From NCBI GenBank assembly GCA_031279825.1, contig JAITHT010000074.1, positions 6,829 through 70,828 on the forward strand: DNA of 64,000 nucleotides, in the 5' to 3' direction. The stretch is from Desulfovibrio sp. Its GTDB lineage: Bacteria; Desulfobacterota; Desulfovibrionia; Desulfovibrionales; Desulfovibrionaceae. This document shows positions 44,409 to 54,707 of this stretch, piece after piece (position 1 is the stretch's first letter; each line of letters begins with the position of its first letter). A program made the position numbers and the translations under genes. The notes under the pieces were generated by a model. The model did not search any database and was not told where the DNA came from. It saw only the letters and a program-made list of their open reading frames with translations.

Positions 44409-45605
44409 TCAGACTCCCAGCGCGGTGAAGAAAATGGCAAAAAGCGCGTCAAGCAGGATTATGAGAAAAATAGCCTGCACTACGGATATAGTGGTGAGAA
44501 AGCCCACGGATTCAGCCCTGGATGTCGCCTGTAATCCTTGAAAACAGCCTATCAGGCCGATTACCACGGCAAAAAAGGGGGTTTTCGCAAGACCCACGGT
44601 AAAATTTCGCAATTCGGCGACGGCATGGAGTTCGCTGATAAAAGTATTGATACTCATTCCCATAGTATACCATATGGCTACAGCTCCGCCTGAAAGAGCC
44701 GAAAGATCAGCCACAAGCACAAGCATGGGAAGGCTTATAAGTAATGCGAGCACTCGCGGCGCGACCAACAGGGTATTGGGCTCAAGACCCATGGAAAGCA
44801 TGGCGGCGACTTCCCCATTGGCGACCATGGCGCCGATTTGGGCGGTGAAAGAAGAGCTTGAACGCCCGGCCACGACAATGGCGGTGATAAGAACCGCCAT
44901 TTCACGCAAAATCGTCACTTCTAAAAGCTTGACGGCGAAAATTTGGGCGCCGGCGAAGCGGGAAAGCTGTTCCGCGCCCATATAGGCGACTACCATGCCG
45001 ATGAGAAAGGTCAGCAGGGAAACGATAGGCACGGCCCGTATCCCTGTCTGTTCCACGTGAAAAAACAGGGAGGTCCAGCGCATAAGACGGGGGCGAAACA
45101 GCAGGCCGGCGGCGATGAAGAGAAAGTGTCCCATAAAACCGATGAGCCGGCCGAGAAAGTTTATTTGCCGGCAAACCGCCAGACCGACGGCATTCAGAAA
45201 GCGCAGGAAGAAACACGCCTTTGCATCCGCCCTTTCGGCATCTTGCTCCCTTGAGATGAGGCGGGAGGCTTGCAACAGGTTGCGGTGGCTGCCGTTGTCG
45301 CTTATGATCTCGCATGTTTTCCCCCGCTTCTGGGCATCCTCCGCAATCAGGTTGACCAGCAGGGCTCCCGCTGTATCCAGACGGGTCACGGCGGTCAAAT
45401 TAATAACAATCGGCGCGCGGGCGTTTCGGACAGCCTCGCGCGCCGCCTCTTCCACCGCGTTCAGACAGTATACGATCAAAGCGCCGGAAAAATGAAAACT
45501 TTCCTTGCTGCCTGTTCTGATTACATCAAAAGCAAGAGTGTCCTCTCGGGAAGAAAGAGAGGAAAAAAGGCCGTCGGGAGGCGGAAAATCGAATTCTGCG
45601 GTCAA
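44409..45605 (-). CDS. mlaE: MlaE-family ABC permease with N-terminal STAS domain
   Basis: LDTAGA STAS motif; LREMAVLITAIVVAGRSSSSFTAQIGAM. Confidence 0.88.
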   Translation of the reverse strand: MTAEFDFPPPDGLFSSLSSREDTLAFDVIRTGSKESFHFSGALIVYCLNAVEEAAREAVRNARAPIVINLTAVTRLDTAGALLVNLIAEDAQKRGKTCEIISDNGSHRNLLQASRLISREQDAERADAKACFFLRFLNAVGLAVCRQINFLGRLIGFMGHFLFIAAGLLFRPRLMRWTSLFFHVEQTGIRAVPIVSLLTFLIGMVVAYMGAEQLSRFAGAQIFAVKLLEVTILREMAVLITAIVVAGRSSSSFTAQIGAMVANGEVAAMLSMGLEPNTLLVAPRVLALLISLPMLVLVADLSALSGGAVAIWYTMGMSINTFISELHAVAELRNFTVGLAKTPFFAVVIGLIGCFQGLQATSRAESVGFLTTISVVQAIFLIILLDALFAIFFTALGV

Positions 45606-45620
45606 TCGCCGCGCATCCGC

Positions 45621-45923
45621 TCAACGCACAACATCATCGTACCAAGGGTCGTCAAAGCCATCTATCAGTTGATAACTTTTTACGCCCAGCCAAAGGCCGG
45701 ATTCATCCACAACGGGATCATCCGCAGAAAGCAATGTGCCTGTTATTTCCACATTGGCATTGATATTGTTCAGCAGACCGATACCCGCTCCTTTATGCAG
45801 GATATGGTACCGTGTTCCGTCATCAGTGACCACGATCACCTTGGCCGTCATATCGTCCTTGCAGGACGTTTTCGGCAAAGCCTGCACGTAACCGCGAATA
45901 ATAACTGCATCCTGGGCGTTCAT
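45621..45923 (-). CDS. Hypothetical protein
   Basis: 100 aa, protein-like composition, in line with the operon. Confidence 0.6.
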   Translation of the reverse strand: MNAQDAVIIRGYVQALPKTSCKDDMTAKVIVVTDDGTRYHILHKGAGIGLLNNINANVEITGTLLSADDPVVDESGLWLGVKSYQLIDGFDDPWYDDVVR

Positions 45924-46073
45924 ACTGATTGATCGTTAAAAAGTATAAAAATTGTTGTAATCCCGTAACTGCATTGTCTATGCCACGACGGATGAGGCTT
46001 GTACAGCATTTTTTACGCGGGACTGCGAGCAAGGCCCACCTTGGGAATCCCCCGGCAAGACATGTGAAATGCT

Positions 46074-48029
46074 CTACCTCCATGCTTCGGCAAAGGCTCT
46101 TTGAAAATTCTCCCAGGAAACTTCTTCAAAACCTCCCTGCCTGGGGGTAAAGATCATCATCTGCTGCGTGGCCACTCCCTCGCGCCATCGTATGGGCGCC
46201 ATACTCCAGTCGATGGAAATGCCCTGTAACGCGGCATTGACGTTTTCCGGCGTCCATTGTTCGTTTAAACCCAAGGCAATGGATGCGCGGGCAAAATCAG
46301 CTCCAAGACCCACCCAAAAATCCGCCGGCCCTTTGCCCGCAGCAGCCAGACTCGACTGAAGCTTTTCCCCCGCCGCGGTTGGTCTGGCACTGTTCCATGA
46401 ACCGGGAAAAATCGCGAGTCCGTAATACTGCGGGCTCATAACGCTGTTGCCGGCGAGACCTTGCTCCCATAGAGACGTGCCCATGAGCACTTGGCGCGTT
46501 TCATTATAGTAGAAAAAATTGGGCACTATGGCTTCCATATTTTTCCATGTGTCGGGCAGAAATACAGCCTGGAAGCTGGTGCCCGCGTTATTGGCGCTCA
46601 CCAGATTGCTGGCCGCGGCCATCCAGTTGTTGGAATCACCGGGGGCATAGGATGCCTTGACGATTTTTTTGACTCCGCCCAGGGCGTTAGCCCGTTCTTC
46701 AAACAGAGCGCTCATACGCTGGCCGAAATTTTCTTCCGGATAGAACAACCCGTAACCTCTGATGCCGAGACGCGACGTAAAGGCAAGCAGGGAATCAACC
46801 TGATCTTGCGCGCTGGAGAAAAAACGCCAGGCAACGCGGCCTTCGTCGCCGTCTTCAAGCTTGGGCAAAAAGGTTAACAGCGCCCGGCGCTGGGTCAGCC
46901 CTTGGGACTTTGCCCTGACATAATCATCTCGGCGTAAAGGCCCCCCTATAATCGTGATATTTTTGGGCAAGGCATTTACGCTGGCTATCCAGTCGGGCTG
47001 ATCAGAATCAATGACGATGAGGGAAACGGTGTTGCCGGTAGCGGAAATTTCGTCACACACGATCCGGGCGCCCATGGCGATTTTGCCGGATATCGCGGTA
47101 TACTGTCCCCCTTGGGGCAATATCAATACCACCGGCTTGCCCGCAATGGGCCCGAGGGGAGGCGCCTGCCCGGCCACGTGAAAAGAAAGCGCGCTTTCCG
47201 CCGGAGCCCCGTTGAACAAGGACGTGTCCGCAAGGCGGGCTTCTTTGTTCAGAGAGTCAAGGGCCGCTTCGGCTTCCTGGCGTGTCGCCTGATCCCGCGT
47301 CTGGCGGAGCAAGGCATCAATAAGGATTATATTGTAAGGAAAGCGGATACGATTTTCCGGGGTGGGAACGAAAGAGATTAAAGCGACGGCTTCAGGCGAA
47401 GCCCGTTTGAGTTCCATGGCCAACCGGCCTTCAATGAGAGCTTTATCTTCTCTCTTATGTGCGGATGCGTAGATGCTTTCCAGGGCCGCCGGACTTTGCC
47501 CCAGTTCCTTGTCTTCCCATTGACGCACGGCAAGAACAACGCCGGCTATGGCGCGCGTTATAGAGGGACGGGCGGCGTCCTGATAGACATCGTCGGCGCG
47601 AGTACGGGCGTCATGGGATGATAAGGAACGCAGGGCACGGCACCAGATATCCTGCCACTCTTTACGAGCGTCAGCGCCGGGTTCGGCGTCTTTCCAACTG
47701 TCCAGTCCGCTGACGGCAACACTGGGATGGTTGTTGTGCAGCGCCGACGCGGCTAAAAGACGTCCGGCTTCAGCCCGGTCCTGCGTGCTGAGCCCGCCTT
47801 CAGACGCCAGAAGGCGCAAGGCGATGGCTTCCGCATTACCGTAGTCTCCTTTGAGAAAGGCACTACGGCCTTCATCAAGGGGGTTGAGCATTACGGGCGA
47901 AGCATGGTCGCCGCCTTCCGCGGTGCCCGGAAGGATGTGCTTGATACAGCCGTTCAGGCTCGTCAGGAAAAGGAAAAAAAGAACCAGACCGAAACCGGCC
48001 GGCCATAAGGGTTTGGGCAAAGCAGTCAT
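46074..48029 (-). CDS. LpoA/LppC-like lipoprotein (PBP activator)
   Basis: Lipobox LNGC; helical N-domain; C-terminal periplasmic-binding fold (LILPQGG, IIGGPLR, AVFLPD). Confidence 0.75.
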   Translation of the reverse strand: MTALPKPLWPAGFGLVLFFLFLTSLNGCIKHILPGTAEGGDHASPVMLNPLDEGRSAFLKGDYGNAEAIALRLLASEGGLSTQDRAEAGRLLAASALHNNHPSVAVSGLDSWKDAEPGADARKEWQDIWCRALRSLSSHDARTRADDVYQDAARPSITRAIAGVVLAVRQWEDKELGQSPAALESIYASAHKREDKALIEGRLAMELKRASPEAVALISFVPTPENRIRFPYNIILIDALLRQTRDQATRQEAEAALDSLNKEARLADTSLFNGAPAESALSFHVAGQAPPLGPIAGKPVVLILPQGGQYTAISGKIAMGARIVCDEISATGNTVSLIVIDSDQPDWIASVNALPKNITIIGGPLRRDDYVRAKSQGLTQRRALLTFLPKLEDGDEGRVAWRFFSSAQDQVDSLLAFTSRLGIRGYGLFYPEENFGQRMSALFEERANALGGVKKIVKASYAPGDSNNWMAAASNLVSANNAGTSFQAVFLPDTWKNMEAIVPNFFYYNETRQVLMGTSLWEQGLAGNSVMSPQYYGLAIFPGSWNSARPTAAGEKLQSSLAAAGKGPADFWVGLGADFARASIALGLNEQWTPENVNAALQGISIDWSMAPIRWREGVATQQMMIFTPRQGGFEEVSWENFQRAFAEAWR

Positions 48030-48121
48030 AGGTGTTCAGTAGACCCGCGGTTAAAAATCGGCAGAATTAATAGTAACAAAGCCGCATAGACGCGTTGCAC
48101 AGTCTGCGGTATGAACGAGCA

Positions 48122-48251
48122 TTAGAGCAGAGTAACTTTGAAACGTCTCACTCGTCGCCCTCGGCGAAAACAAGTTCCGCCCACTCCTCGTGCACGTAAC
48201 CGGCGCTTACGCTGCCGGTTGACGAGCATTTTCAAAGTGAAAATACTCTAA
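48122..48251 (-). repeat. Family A copy A5 (full length)
   Basis: TTAGAGcagagtaactttgaaacg...gagcattttcaaagtgaaaataCTCTAA; terminal inverted repeat TTAGAG/CTCTAA. Confidence 0.9.
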
Positions 48252-48433
48252 TATACTCTCCATAGACGAGGCTTCCTTGTTCCATATCTTGCTTTTACGC
48301 CCATGGCAACTGCCCGAGCATCTCAAAACAGAAGGCTGTCCCGACATATCCTTTGCACAGCATAAAGCGTTCACAAAGGTGGCGGCATCGCTTTCGATTC
48401 TGAATCGGCGATTTCACGCGTAAGGGTTACGGC

Positions 48434-49276
48434 TCAGTTGAAATATCGCAATAGCGGATCTTCATTGGAAAAGATAATTCTTGTATTTTCTTTAAAAGCA
48501 TTACTATATACTTCCAAGCTTTTAGAAAATTCATAAAATTCAGAGTCAGCGGACAATGCGTCCGCAAAAATTTTGATCGCTTTTGCATCGGCGCTTCCTC
48601 GAATAAGAATGCTTTCTCTGGTGGCATTGGCAAGAATAATGTCCCGCTGCATTTCCGCCTCAGAGCGGATTCTTCTGTCTTCAGACTCTCCTTCGGAACG
48701 GTATTTGTTCGCCATGCGTTTTCTTTCGGCATTCATCCGGTTAAAGATGGCCTGACGGTTCGGCAGGTCCGTCCGTTTGATGCGCACGTCAATTATGGCG
48801 ACGCCATATTCTTCAGCCTGCTTGTTGGACTTTTGCAAAACCTCTTCCATGATGGCGGTGCGCTTGGTGTATACCACCTCATTCAATTCCTTGCTGCCTA
48901 TGGCGCTGCGAAGTTGAGAATAGACGATGCTGCGCAGGCGTTCCGCAGCGACTAATTCCGAGCGGAGCTTGCGATAGAAAATCAAAGGATCGGTGATTCT
49001 CCAACACGCATAGTTGTCTATTTCGAAGGTCTTTAAATCAGCCGTCAAGCTGTATGTCTTTGGTATGTCAAATACCAGTATCCGGTTTTCCAGAAAAACC
49101 GCGCTTTGCACAAAAGGCAGCTTAAAATTGATGCCTGGAGCGCGGACAGGGGCGATCGGTTCCCCGAGTTGCAGAACAAGGGCGCGCTGGTTTTCTCCAA
49201 CGAAAAACATACTCTGGCTGGCGAGAACCCCGAGGATTACCGCGCACGTGAGGCCGGCTATGAAAAAACGATTCAT
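48434..49276 (-). CDS. hflC: FtsH modulator HflC
   Basis: SPFH domain; DVRIKRTDLP, RMNAER, EFYEFSKSLEVY. Confidence 0.93.
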   Translation of the reverse strand: MNRFFIAGLTCAVILGVLASQSMFFVGENQRALVLQLGEPIAPVRAPGINFKLPFVQSAVFLENRILVFDIPKTYSLTADLKTFEIDNYACWRITDPLIFYRKLRSELVAAERLRSIVYSQLRSAIGSKELNEVVYTKRTAIMEEVLQKSNKQAEEYGVAIIDVRIKRTDLPNRQAIFNRMNAERKRMANKYRSEGESEDRRIRSEAEMQRDIILANATRESILIRGSADAKAIKIFADALSADSEFYEFSKSLEVYSNAFKENTRIIFSNEDPLLRYFN

Positions 49277-50370
49277 CGTGCACCCCCTCCCTGACTCTCG
49301 CCGGAGCCTTTCGCCGATTTGTCGAAAAGAGGAGCGTTCTGCTCAAGGTTCAATAAAGGCAACACGCTTCCTTTAGCCGTTTTGGAAAGCACGAACTTCT
49401 GGGCTCCCGCTGAAGAGAGAATATTCTGCATCGCTTCAAGGTACATGCGTTTTTTCGTTATCTCTTTGGCTCTGCTGAACTCTTTGACCATAGAGGTAAA
49501 GCGTCCGGCCTCGCCTTCCGCAGATTGCGTGACCATCTGGGCATAGGCTTGGGCGCCGTTGACTATGCTGACGGCCGTACCGTTGGCGACAGGCACTATC
49601 TCCATGCGGTACGCCTCCGCCTGGTTGATAATACGCACTTTATCCTCACGGGCGCTGGCCACGTCCTTAAAGGCGGCCTCGACCTCTGACGGAGGCTGCA
49701 CGTCAAGTAATTGCACCGCATGAATCCGGACCCCTATGTTATAATTGGCAAGTATATTTTCCAAAACTCCGAACGCGTCCGCTTGTACTTCTGAGCGTCC
49801 GGCGGTGAGGATGGAGTCGATGTTGCTGCGGCCGATTACTTCCCGCATAGCCGCTTCAGCCGCGATGGCAATGGTTTTGTCGGGTTCTTTTACGTTAAAG
49901 AGATACTTGCGCGCATCGCTGATGCTGTATTGTACGTTGAATTGCATATGCACGATGTTTTCATCTCCCGTGAACATGCTGGATTCTTCCGCCTTGCCCT
50001 GGGAGAGCTTGGCGACCTCGGAACTTTGTCCGATAATAATAGTGCGTAATAATTGAGTGTTGATAATCTCCGCATACTCCAGAGGATAGGGTAGGCGGTA
50101 GTGCGGACCGTCGCCCACCTGGCGTTCATATTGGCCGAAACGGGTAATCACCCCGACCTCGCCAGGGTTGACGATAAAAATGCCGGAAGCCAGCCAAAGG
50201 AGAAGAGCTATTATCAGCACGGAACCCAAGGGTATCCCCGCGCTGAAATATTTGGACAGGAATCCGCCAATCTGGAAACCCCGGAAGGGATCTTCCGGCT
50301 CTTCCCCTTGCGGTGGGGGAGGAGTCTGCCTTTGCCGCTTTTCTTGTAATTTTTCCCAGTCCCAATTCAT
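49273..50370 (-). CDS. hflK: FtsH modulator HflK
   Basis: MFTGDENIV, AEAAMREVIG, DVQPP, AFKDVASARED, RMYLEAM. Confidence 0.93.
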   Translation of the reverse strand: MNWDWEKLQEKRQRQTPPPPQGEEPEDPFRGFQIGGFLSKYFSAGIPLGSVLIIALLLWLASGIFIVNPGEVGVITRFGQYERQVGDGPHYRLPYPLEYAEIINTQLLRTIIIGQSSEVAKLSQGKAEESSMFTGDENIVHMQFNVQYSISDARKYLFNVKEPDKTIAIAAEAAMREVIGRSNIDSILTAGRSEVQADAFGVLENILANYNIGVRIHAVQLLDVQPPSEVEAAFKDVASAREDKVRIINQAEAYRMEIVPVANGTAVSIVNGAQAYAQMVTQSAEGEAGRFTSMVKEFSRAKEITKKRMYLEAMQNILSSAGAQKFVLSKTAKGSVLPLLNLEQNAPLFDKSAKGSGESQGGGAR

Positions 50371-50427
50371 AATAGTTCACCGTAAAATAGAATATACGCC
50401 GAAGGCGGCTGGTTTCAAGATGGTCGA

Positions 50428-52602
50428 TCAATCAAGCAGGTATCTGCGTAAAGTGCCCAGCACCTCATCCAGATTCAGCGGCTTGCCCACATGCCCGTTC
50501 ATTCCTACCTCAAGGCATTTTTCGATATCGTCACGAAATACATTAGCGCTGAGCGCAATGATGGGGATACTTCCCGCTTCGGGAATATCCATGGCCCGGA
50601 TGCGGCGCGTGGCCTCATAGCCGTCCATTTCCGGCATTTGCAGATCCATGAAAATCATCTTGTATTTCGCGGGCGCCTCGGAGAACATGTCGACAGCCTG
50701 CACGCCGTTTTCCGCGCAGTCAACGGCGAGCATAGTGGATTCCAGTAGCGCCAGCATGATCTCCCTGTTGATTTCTATATCTTCAACCAACAGGATGCAG
50801 TGGCCTTCAAAGCGGTCCTGGTCCTGGGGCTGAACAAGCGGGTCTTCTTCTATATGAACATATTCCTTGATACATTCGGTAACGGTCGAAGGGAAGAGCG
50901 GTTTTTGCAGAAAGGAGTTCACTCCGGCGTTTCTGGCTTCGTTTTCCACGGCGTTAAGTTCCGCGGCCGATATGAGGACAATGATAGAGTGGTCGGCGTC
51001 ATATTCCCTGAGCTTGCGGGACAGGACAACGCCGTCCATATCGGGCATTTTCCAGTCAATAAAATACAGATCGTAGTTCCCTTTTTCCTCAATAAGGCGA
51101 AGGGCGTTCGCACCGCCGCTCGCGGTGTCGCAGAGAAAACCCGCTTGCGCGGCGAGTTCCTGAAATAATTCCAGGGTCACCGGTTGATCATCCACCGCCA
51201 GCACTCGTAGGGGCATTCCCTGGGCATGGGACAGAGAAAGCGGGGAGGGATCGCTTTCCTCCGCGTGTTCAAGCGACATGGTAAAGGCAAAAGTAGCGCC
51301 TTTGCCGAGTTCGGATTCAATCCAGATTTTGCCGCCCAACATCTTGACGATATACTTGGATATGGCGAGTCCGAGACCGGTGCCGCCGAACTTGCGCGAT
51401 GTGCTGGTTTCCGCCTGCGTAAAAGAAGAAAATAAGCGCTGCTGCTGTTCCGGGCTGAGGCCGATGCCCGAGTCCGTCACGCTTATCTGGATCGTACAAC
51501 GGTTGTTTTCTTCTTTTTCTTTTTCTTTTTCTTCTTCTGCTTCTTTCAGCCGGGCATCCAGATGAATGGAGCCCTGTTCAGGGGTAAACTTCACGGCGTT
51601 GCCAAGCAAATTGGTGATGACCTGCGCAATGCGCTGATCATCACCGTGCAGGCAACGGGGTATGTTGCCGTCAATATGCACGGTGAAACGCTGGTGTTTT
51701 TCCGCTATACGGAAATTGACCACATTGGCGACATGCTGGAGCGTTTGTTCCAGGTTGAAGGAAGCGTTCGAAAGCTCAAGCTTGCCGGCCTCTATTTTTG
51801 CCATGTCCAAAATATCGTTGATAACTCCCAGCAAATGGGATGAGGCGCTTTCTATCTTGCCGAAGCAATAGTCTTTACGCTCCAGGCTGACCGCGGATTT
51901 CCCCATTATGGTCATGCCTATGACGGCGTTTAACGGCGTACGTATCTCATGACTCATATTGGCTAAAAATTCACTTTTGGCCTTGGACGCGGCCTTGGCC
52001 GTCGTGACCGCGTCCTGCAGCTGCTCCTGAAGCGCGATCATGTCGGTAATGTCGTCAGCACTGCCCACAACGCCCATCAGATTCCCTTTTCCGTCATGCA
52101 AAGGCGAGGTATGACAGCGGAATTTGCCGTTATCAATGGGGCTTATCCAATCTTGCGGGCCTTCGCGCAGGGTTTTTTCCACGTATTCGATAATATCAAG
52201 ATGACGGTTTTTCTGTTTCGCCAAACTGAGGGGCTTGCCCTCCAGAAAATCGGGAGTGACGCCGATTTTTTTCAGATACAGACCGTTGAACGTGGTAATG
52301 ATGCCGTGAATATCGACACTCCAGATAACGCCGGTATAATTGGTTATTACCGCGTGCAGCTTGGCGATGTTATCTCTCAGGAGTTTGTCCGATTGATCCG
52401 GCTCCGCCGGTATTGCCGCGCCGGCATGGGGATCGTTATCGCGACGCGCAAGGAACCGGTATAACCACAGGATCGTCCCGCAACAGGCAAGCGCGACGGC
52501 CGTGCGGTGAAGGACTACTTGCGTTCCGGCAAAAATGAAGAGAGTCAGGGAAGCGCCCAGAAGCAACGGGATGGCGACGGAAAGTTGAAAATCTTTTTTC
52601 AT
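50428..52602 (-). CDS. Hybrid sensor histidine kinase (2 TM, PAS, HisKA, HATPase, two receiver domains)
   Basis: FLANMSHEIRTPLN, NAVKFT, DSGIG, GGTGLGL, DWKMP, DLQMP. Confidence 0.93.
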   Translation of the reverse strand: MKKDFQLSVAIPLLLGASLTLFIFAGTQVVLHRTAVALACCGTILWLYRFLARRDNDPHAGAAIPAEPDQSDKLLRDNIAKLHAVITNYTGVIWSVDIHGIITTFNGLYLKKIGVTPDFLEGKPLSLAKQKNRHLDIIEYVEKTLREGPQDWISPIDNGKFRCHTSPLHDGKGNLMGVVGSADDITDMIALQEQLQDAVTTAKAASKAKSEFLANMSHEIRTPLNAVIGMTIMGKSAVSLERKDYCFGKIESASSHLLGVINDILDMAKIEAGKLELSNASFNLEQTLQHVANVVNFRIAEKHQRFTVHIDGNIPRCLHGDDQRIAQVITNLLGNAVKFTPEQGSIHLDARLKEAEEEKEKEKEENNRCTIQISVTDSGIGLSPEQQQRLFSSFTQAETSTSRKFGGTGLGLAISKYIVKMLGGKIWIESELGKGATFAFTMSLEHAEESDPSPLSLSHAQGMPLRVLAVDDQPVTLELFQELAAQAGFLCDTASGGANALRLIEEKGNYDLYFIDWKMPDMDGVVLSRKLREYDADHSIIVLISAAELNAVENEARNAGVNSFLQKPLFPSTVTECIKEYVHIEEDPLVQPQDQDRFEGHCILLVEDIEINREIMLALLESTMLAVDCAENGVQAVDMFSEAPAKYKMIFMDLQMPEMDGYEATRRIRAMDIPEAGSIPIIALSANVFRDDIEKCLEVGMNGHVGKPLNLDEVLGTLRRYLLD

Positions 52603-52783
52603 GCAAGGCTCTTAGAAAATGGCGCTATGAAATTGAAGATTCGCTCCGAAAAATACGCGTGTGATACCCTTCGTCGCGCATTTTGCACATTAGGCTATAG
52701 CAGGGGAAATTACAACTTCTTTCCGTTTCGCGCGGCGCATCAGTTTGCCGATCCCTTTGCGCAGTTTGCCTGTTTCTCTATAG

Positions 52784-53242
52784 GGGAGGAATGTAGACGC
52801 CGCGCCCTTCAATATCATGGTGGACGGCCAAGGTCGCCTGACCTTTTTTGATCGCGAATGGGTATCCGACACAGACGTTCCGCTGCCCTGCATATTTTTG
52901 CGCGCTCTGTATGCGTGTTTCCTTCGGTTCGGCCCCACGGCTGAACCGAAGGAAACGGTATGCGCGGCATTTTGGCCCTTGCTGGAGAAGTTGGCGCGGC
53001 TGCTGGAACTGCCCCTCGACGGAGGAAGCATGCAAGAGTACCTTGCGCAGGCACTGAAACTGGATATATTCCTCTCTGGCAGAGAGTTTCCGGTGGAGGA
53101 TCTGAACGCTCTGCGTCTGTCCGTCATGCCCCGCGTCGCCGCAATCCCGGCCGAGGAACTGGAGTGGACAAAACGCGCCCTGAACGAAATGATGCTGTGC
53201 ATGCAACGGCTGCAGGGACGGAGAACATCGCCTGACAAATAG
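52784..53242 (+). pseudogene. Probable 5'-truncated kinase-like domain fragment
   Basis: The frame upstream of ATG 52817 reads *GRNVDAAPFNIMVDGQGRLTFFDREW, a DxxxxN...DxE kinase-fold motif directly after an in-frame TAG (52781). Confidence 0.45.
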
Positions 53243-53422
53243 ATTCCGGCATGGCTGCGTCATACGATACATGCGCCTTACAATCTGATATTATCCTTGA
53301 CAGGCAGAAAAAATTTTACTATCCGATTCATACTGACATCAAAAACCCCGCCTTCTGTCCTTTCACGTGAGGGCGCGTTCGCGCGTCTCTCTGCAATGTA
53401 TTAAGATTAAGGAAAGTGCATC

Positions 53423-54475
53423 ATGCGACATGCTTTCCGCGCCGTTATTTCAAGTGTTCTATGCCTGCTTGCCGTACCGGCCTTTTGTCTCCGGGGCTAT
53501 ACGGAGGACAAGGGGATGGGGGGGGGCGCTTCCGAACCATATACGAAACGAGGCTCTGAAACCGCGGGGAATACTCCCCTTCCGCGTACCGCCCCGCCCT
53601 ACTCCCTGCTTCAACTCTCTCGTCAATCCGGTATCCGGCGGGCGAATTCCGTTTCTCTCACGCACGGATGGGTCAAGGTGGAATCGGGAAGCCGCCAGGC
53701 ATATGTGGGCATTCACGGAGGAACAGCCCCCCTGAGCCTGATGCATTCCGCGGACGGCATGCTGATTGCCTTTACCGGCCAGACCGGCAACGACTTCATG
53801 CAGGTATTGAAAGGCGGCAACGCCAGCCGTGCCGTGACCGACCATACGGATCACGACGCCGCGGACAATACCTCCCCGCTCTCGCGTGCGTCCGAAAAAT
53901 CGGAACAAACTCCGGCCCGGACCGCGTCGCTTGCTGTCCAGCGTCCGACGCTTTCTGCCGCCGTCAGCCAAGGTTCCGAAAACAACGGCGTCACCCCCGC
54001 GTTTCCGGTGAGGGCGGAACAGCATCCCGCGACTGTCAAATCGACCGTTTCTCCTATGCTTGCCGGGATTGACGGCGCAGACAGGGTTGATGGAAAAACT
54101 TCCGATAATCTTGCCCTCCAGGCATTTCCCGCGGATAGGCCCGCTACGGGCGCCGCAACCGCGAATACGCCAGGGGCGGCGATTCCTTCCGCTGGAAAAG
54201 GCCCAAAAAGCCCGGATGCGCGCGTTTTTTCAGCGGCATCCCCTGTTGACGAAAAAAGCTCTCCCGCCGGCGGAACGGTCCTGATTTTTGCTTCCAGCGA
54301 GCAGACATCCAGCATGAAAGGCGGCTCGTCCGAGGGATATCTTCCCTTTGGCCTGACCCCTTCGGCAAACGTATTCCCCAAAAACTCTCCGTCAACCACC
54401 TCTTTTTCCCCCCAGGGCAAGCCTTTAAAGTTGGGAAGTTACCAACGTCTTCTTGCCTATTCCGGGAAAATGTGA
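53423..54475 (+). CDS. Hypothetical exported low-complexity (A/S/P/T-rich) protein
   Basis: RBS aagga, signal-peptide-like N-terminus, 350 aa. Confidence 0.6.
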   Translation: MRHAFRAVISSVLCLLAVPAFCLRGYTEDKGMGGGASEPYTKRGSETAGNTPLPRTAPPYSLLQLSRQSGIRRANSVSLTHGWVKVESGSRQAYVGIHGGTAPLSLMHSADGMLIAFTGQTGNDFMQVLKGGNASRAVTDHTDHDAADNTSPLSRASEKSEQTPARTASLAVQRPTLSAAVSQGSENNGVTPAFPVRAEQHPATVKSTVSPMLAGIDGADRVDGKTSDNLALQAFPADRPATGAATANTPGAAIPSAGKGPKSPDARVFSAASPVDEKSSPAGGTVLIFASSEQTSSMKGGSSEGYLPFGLTPSANVFPKNSPSTTSFSPQGKPLKLGSYQRLLAYSGKM

Positions 54476-54707
54476 TCCGTGTGCAACACAAGCGTCAGCA
54501 AATAAAGATCTTTAGGGTTGCGCCCTTTTTTCAATCGCCTTTGCAAAAACGCCGAATTTGAGGGATACGCGTGAGCGGCCATTCGCGCGAAATCGGACGA
54601 GTGCGGCGGCAACATCCGGTCGGGCGGCATTCCGCCTGTCTCCAAACACAATACACACTGTCGCGCGGTAAATTTTCGGAGTATCATCATCCACAAGCGA
54701 GGATCCC

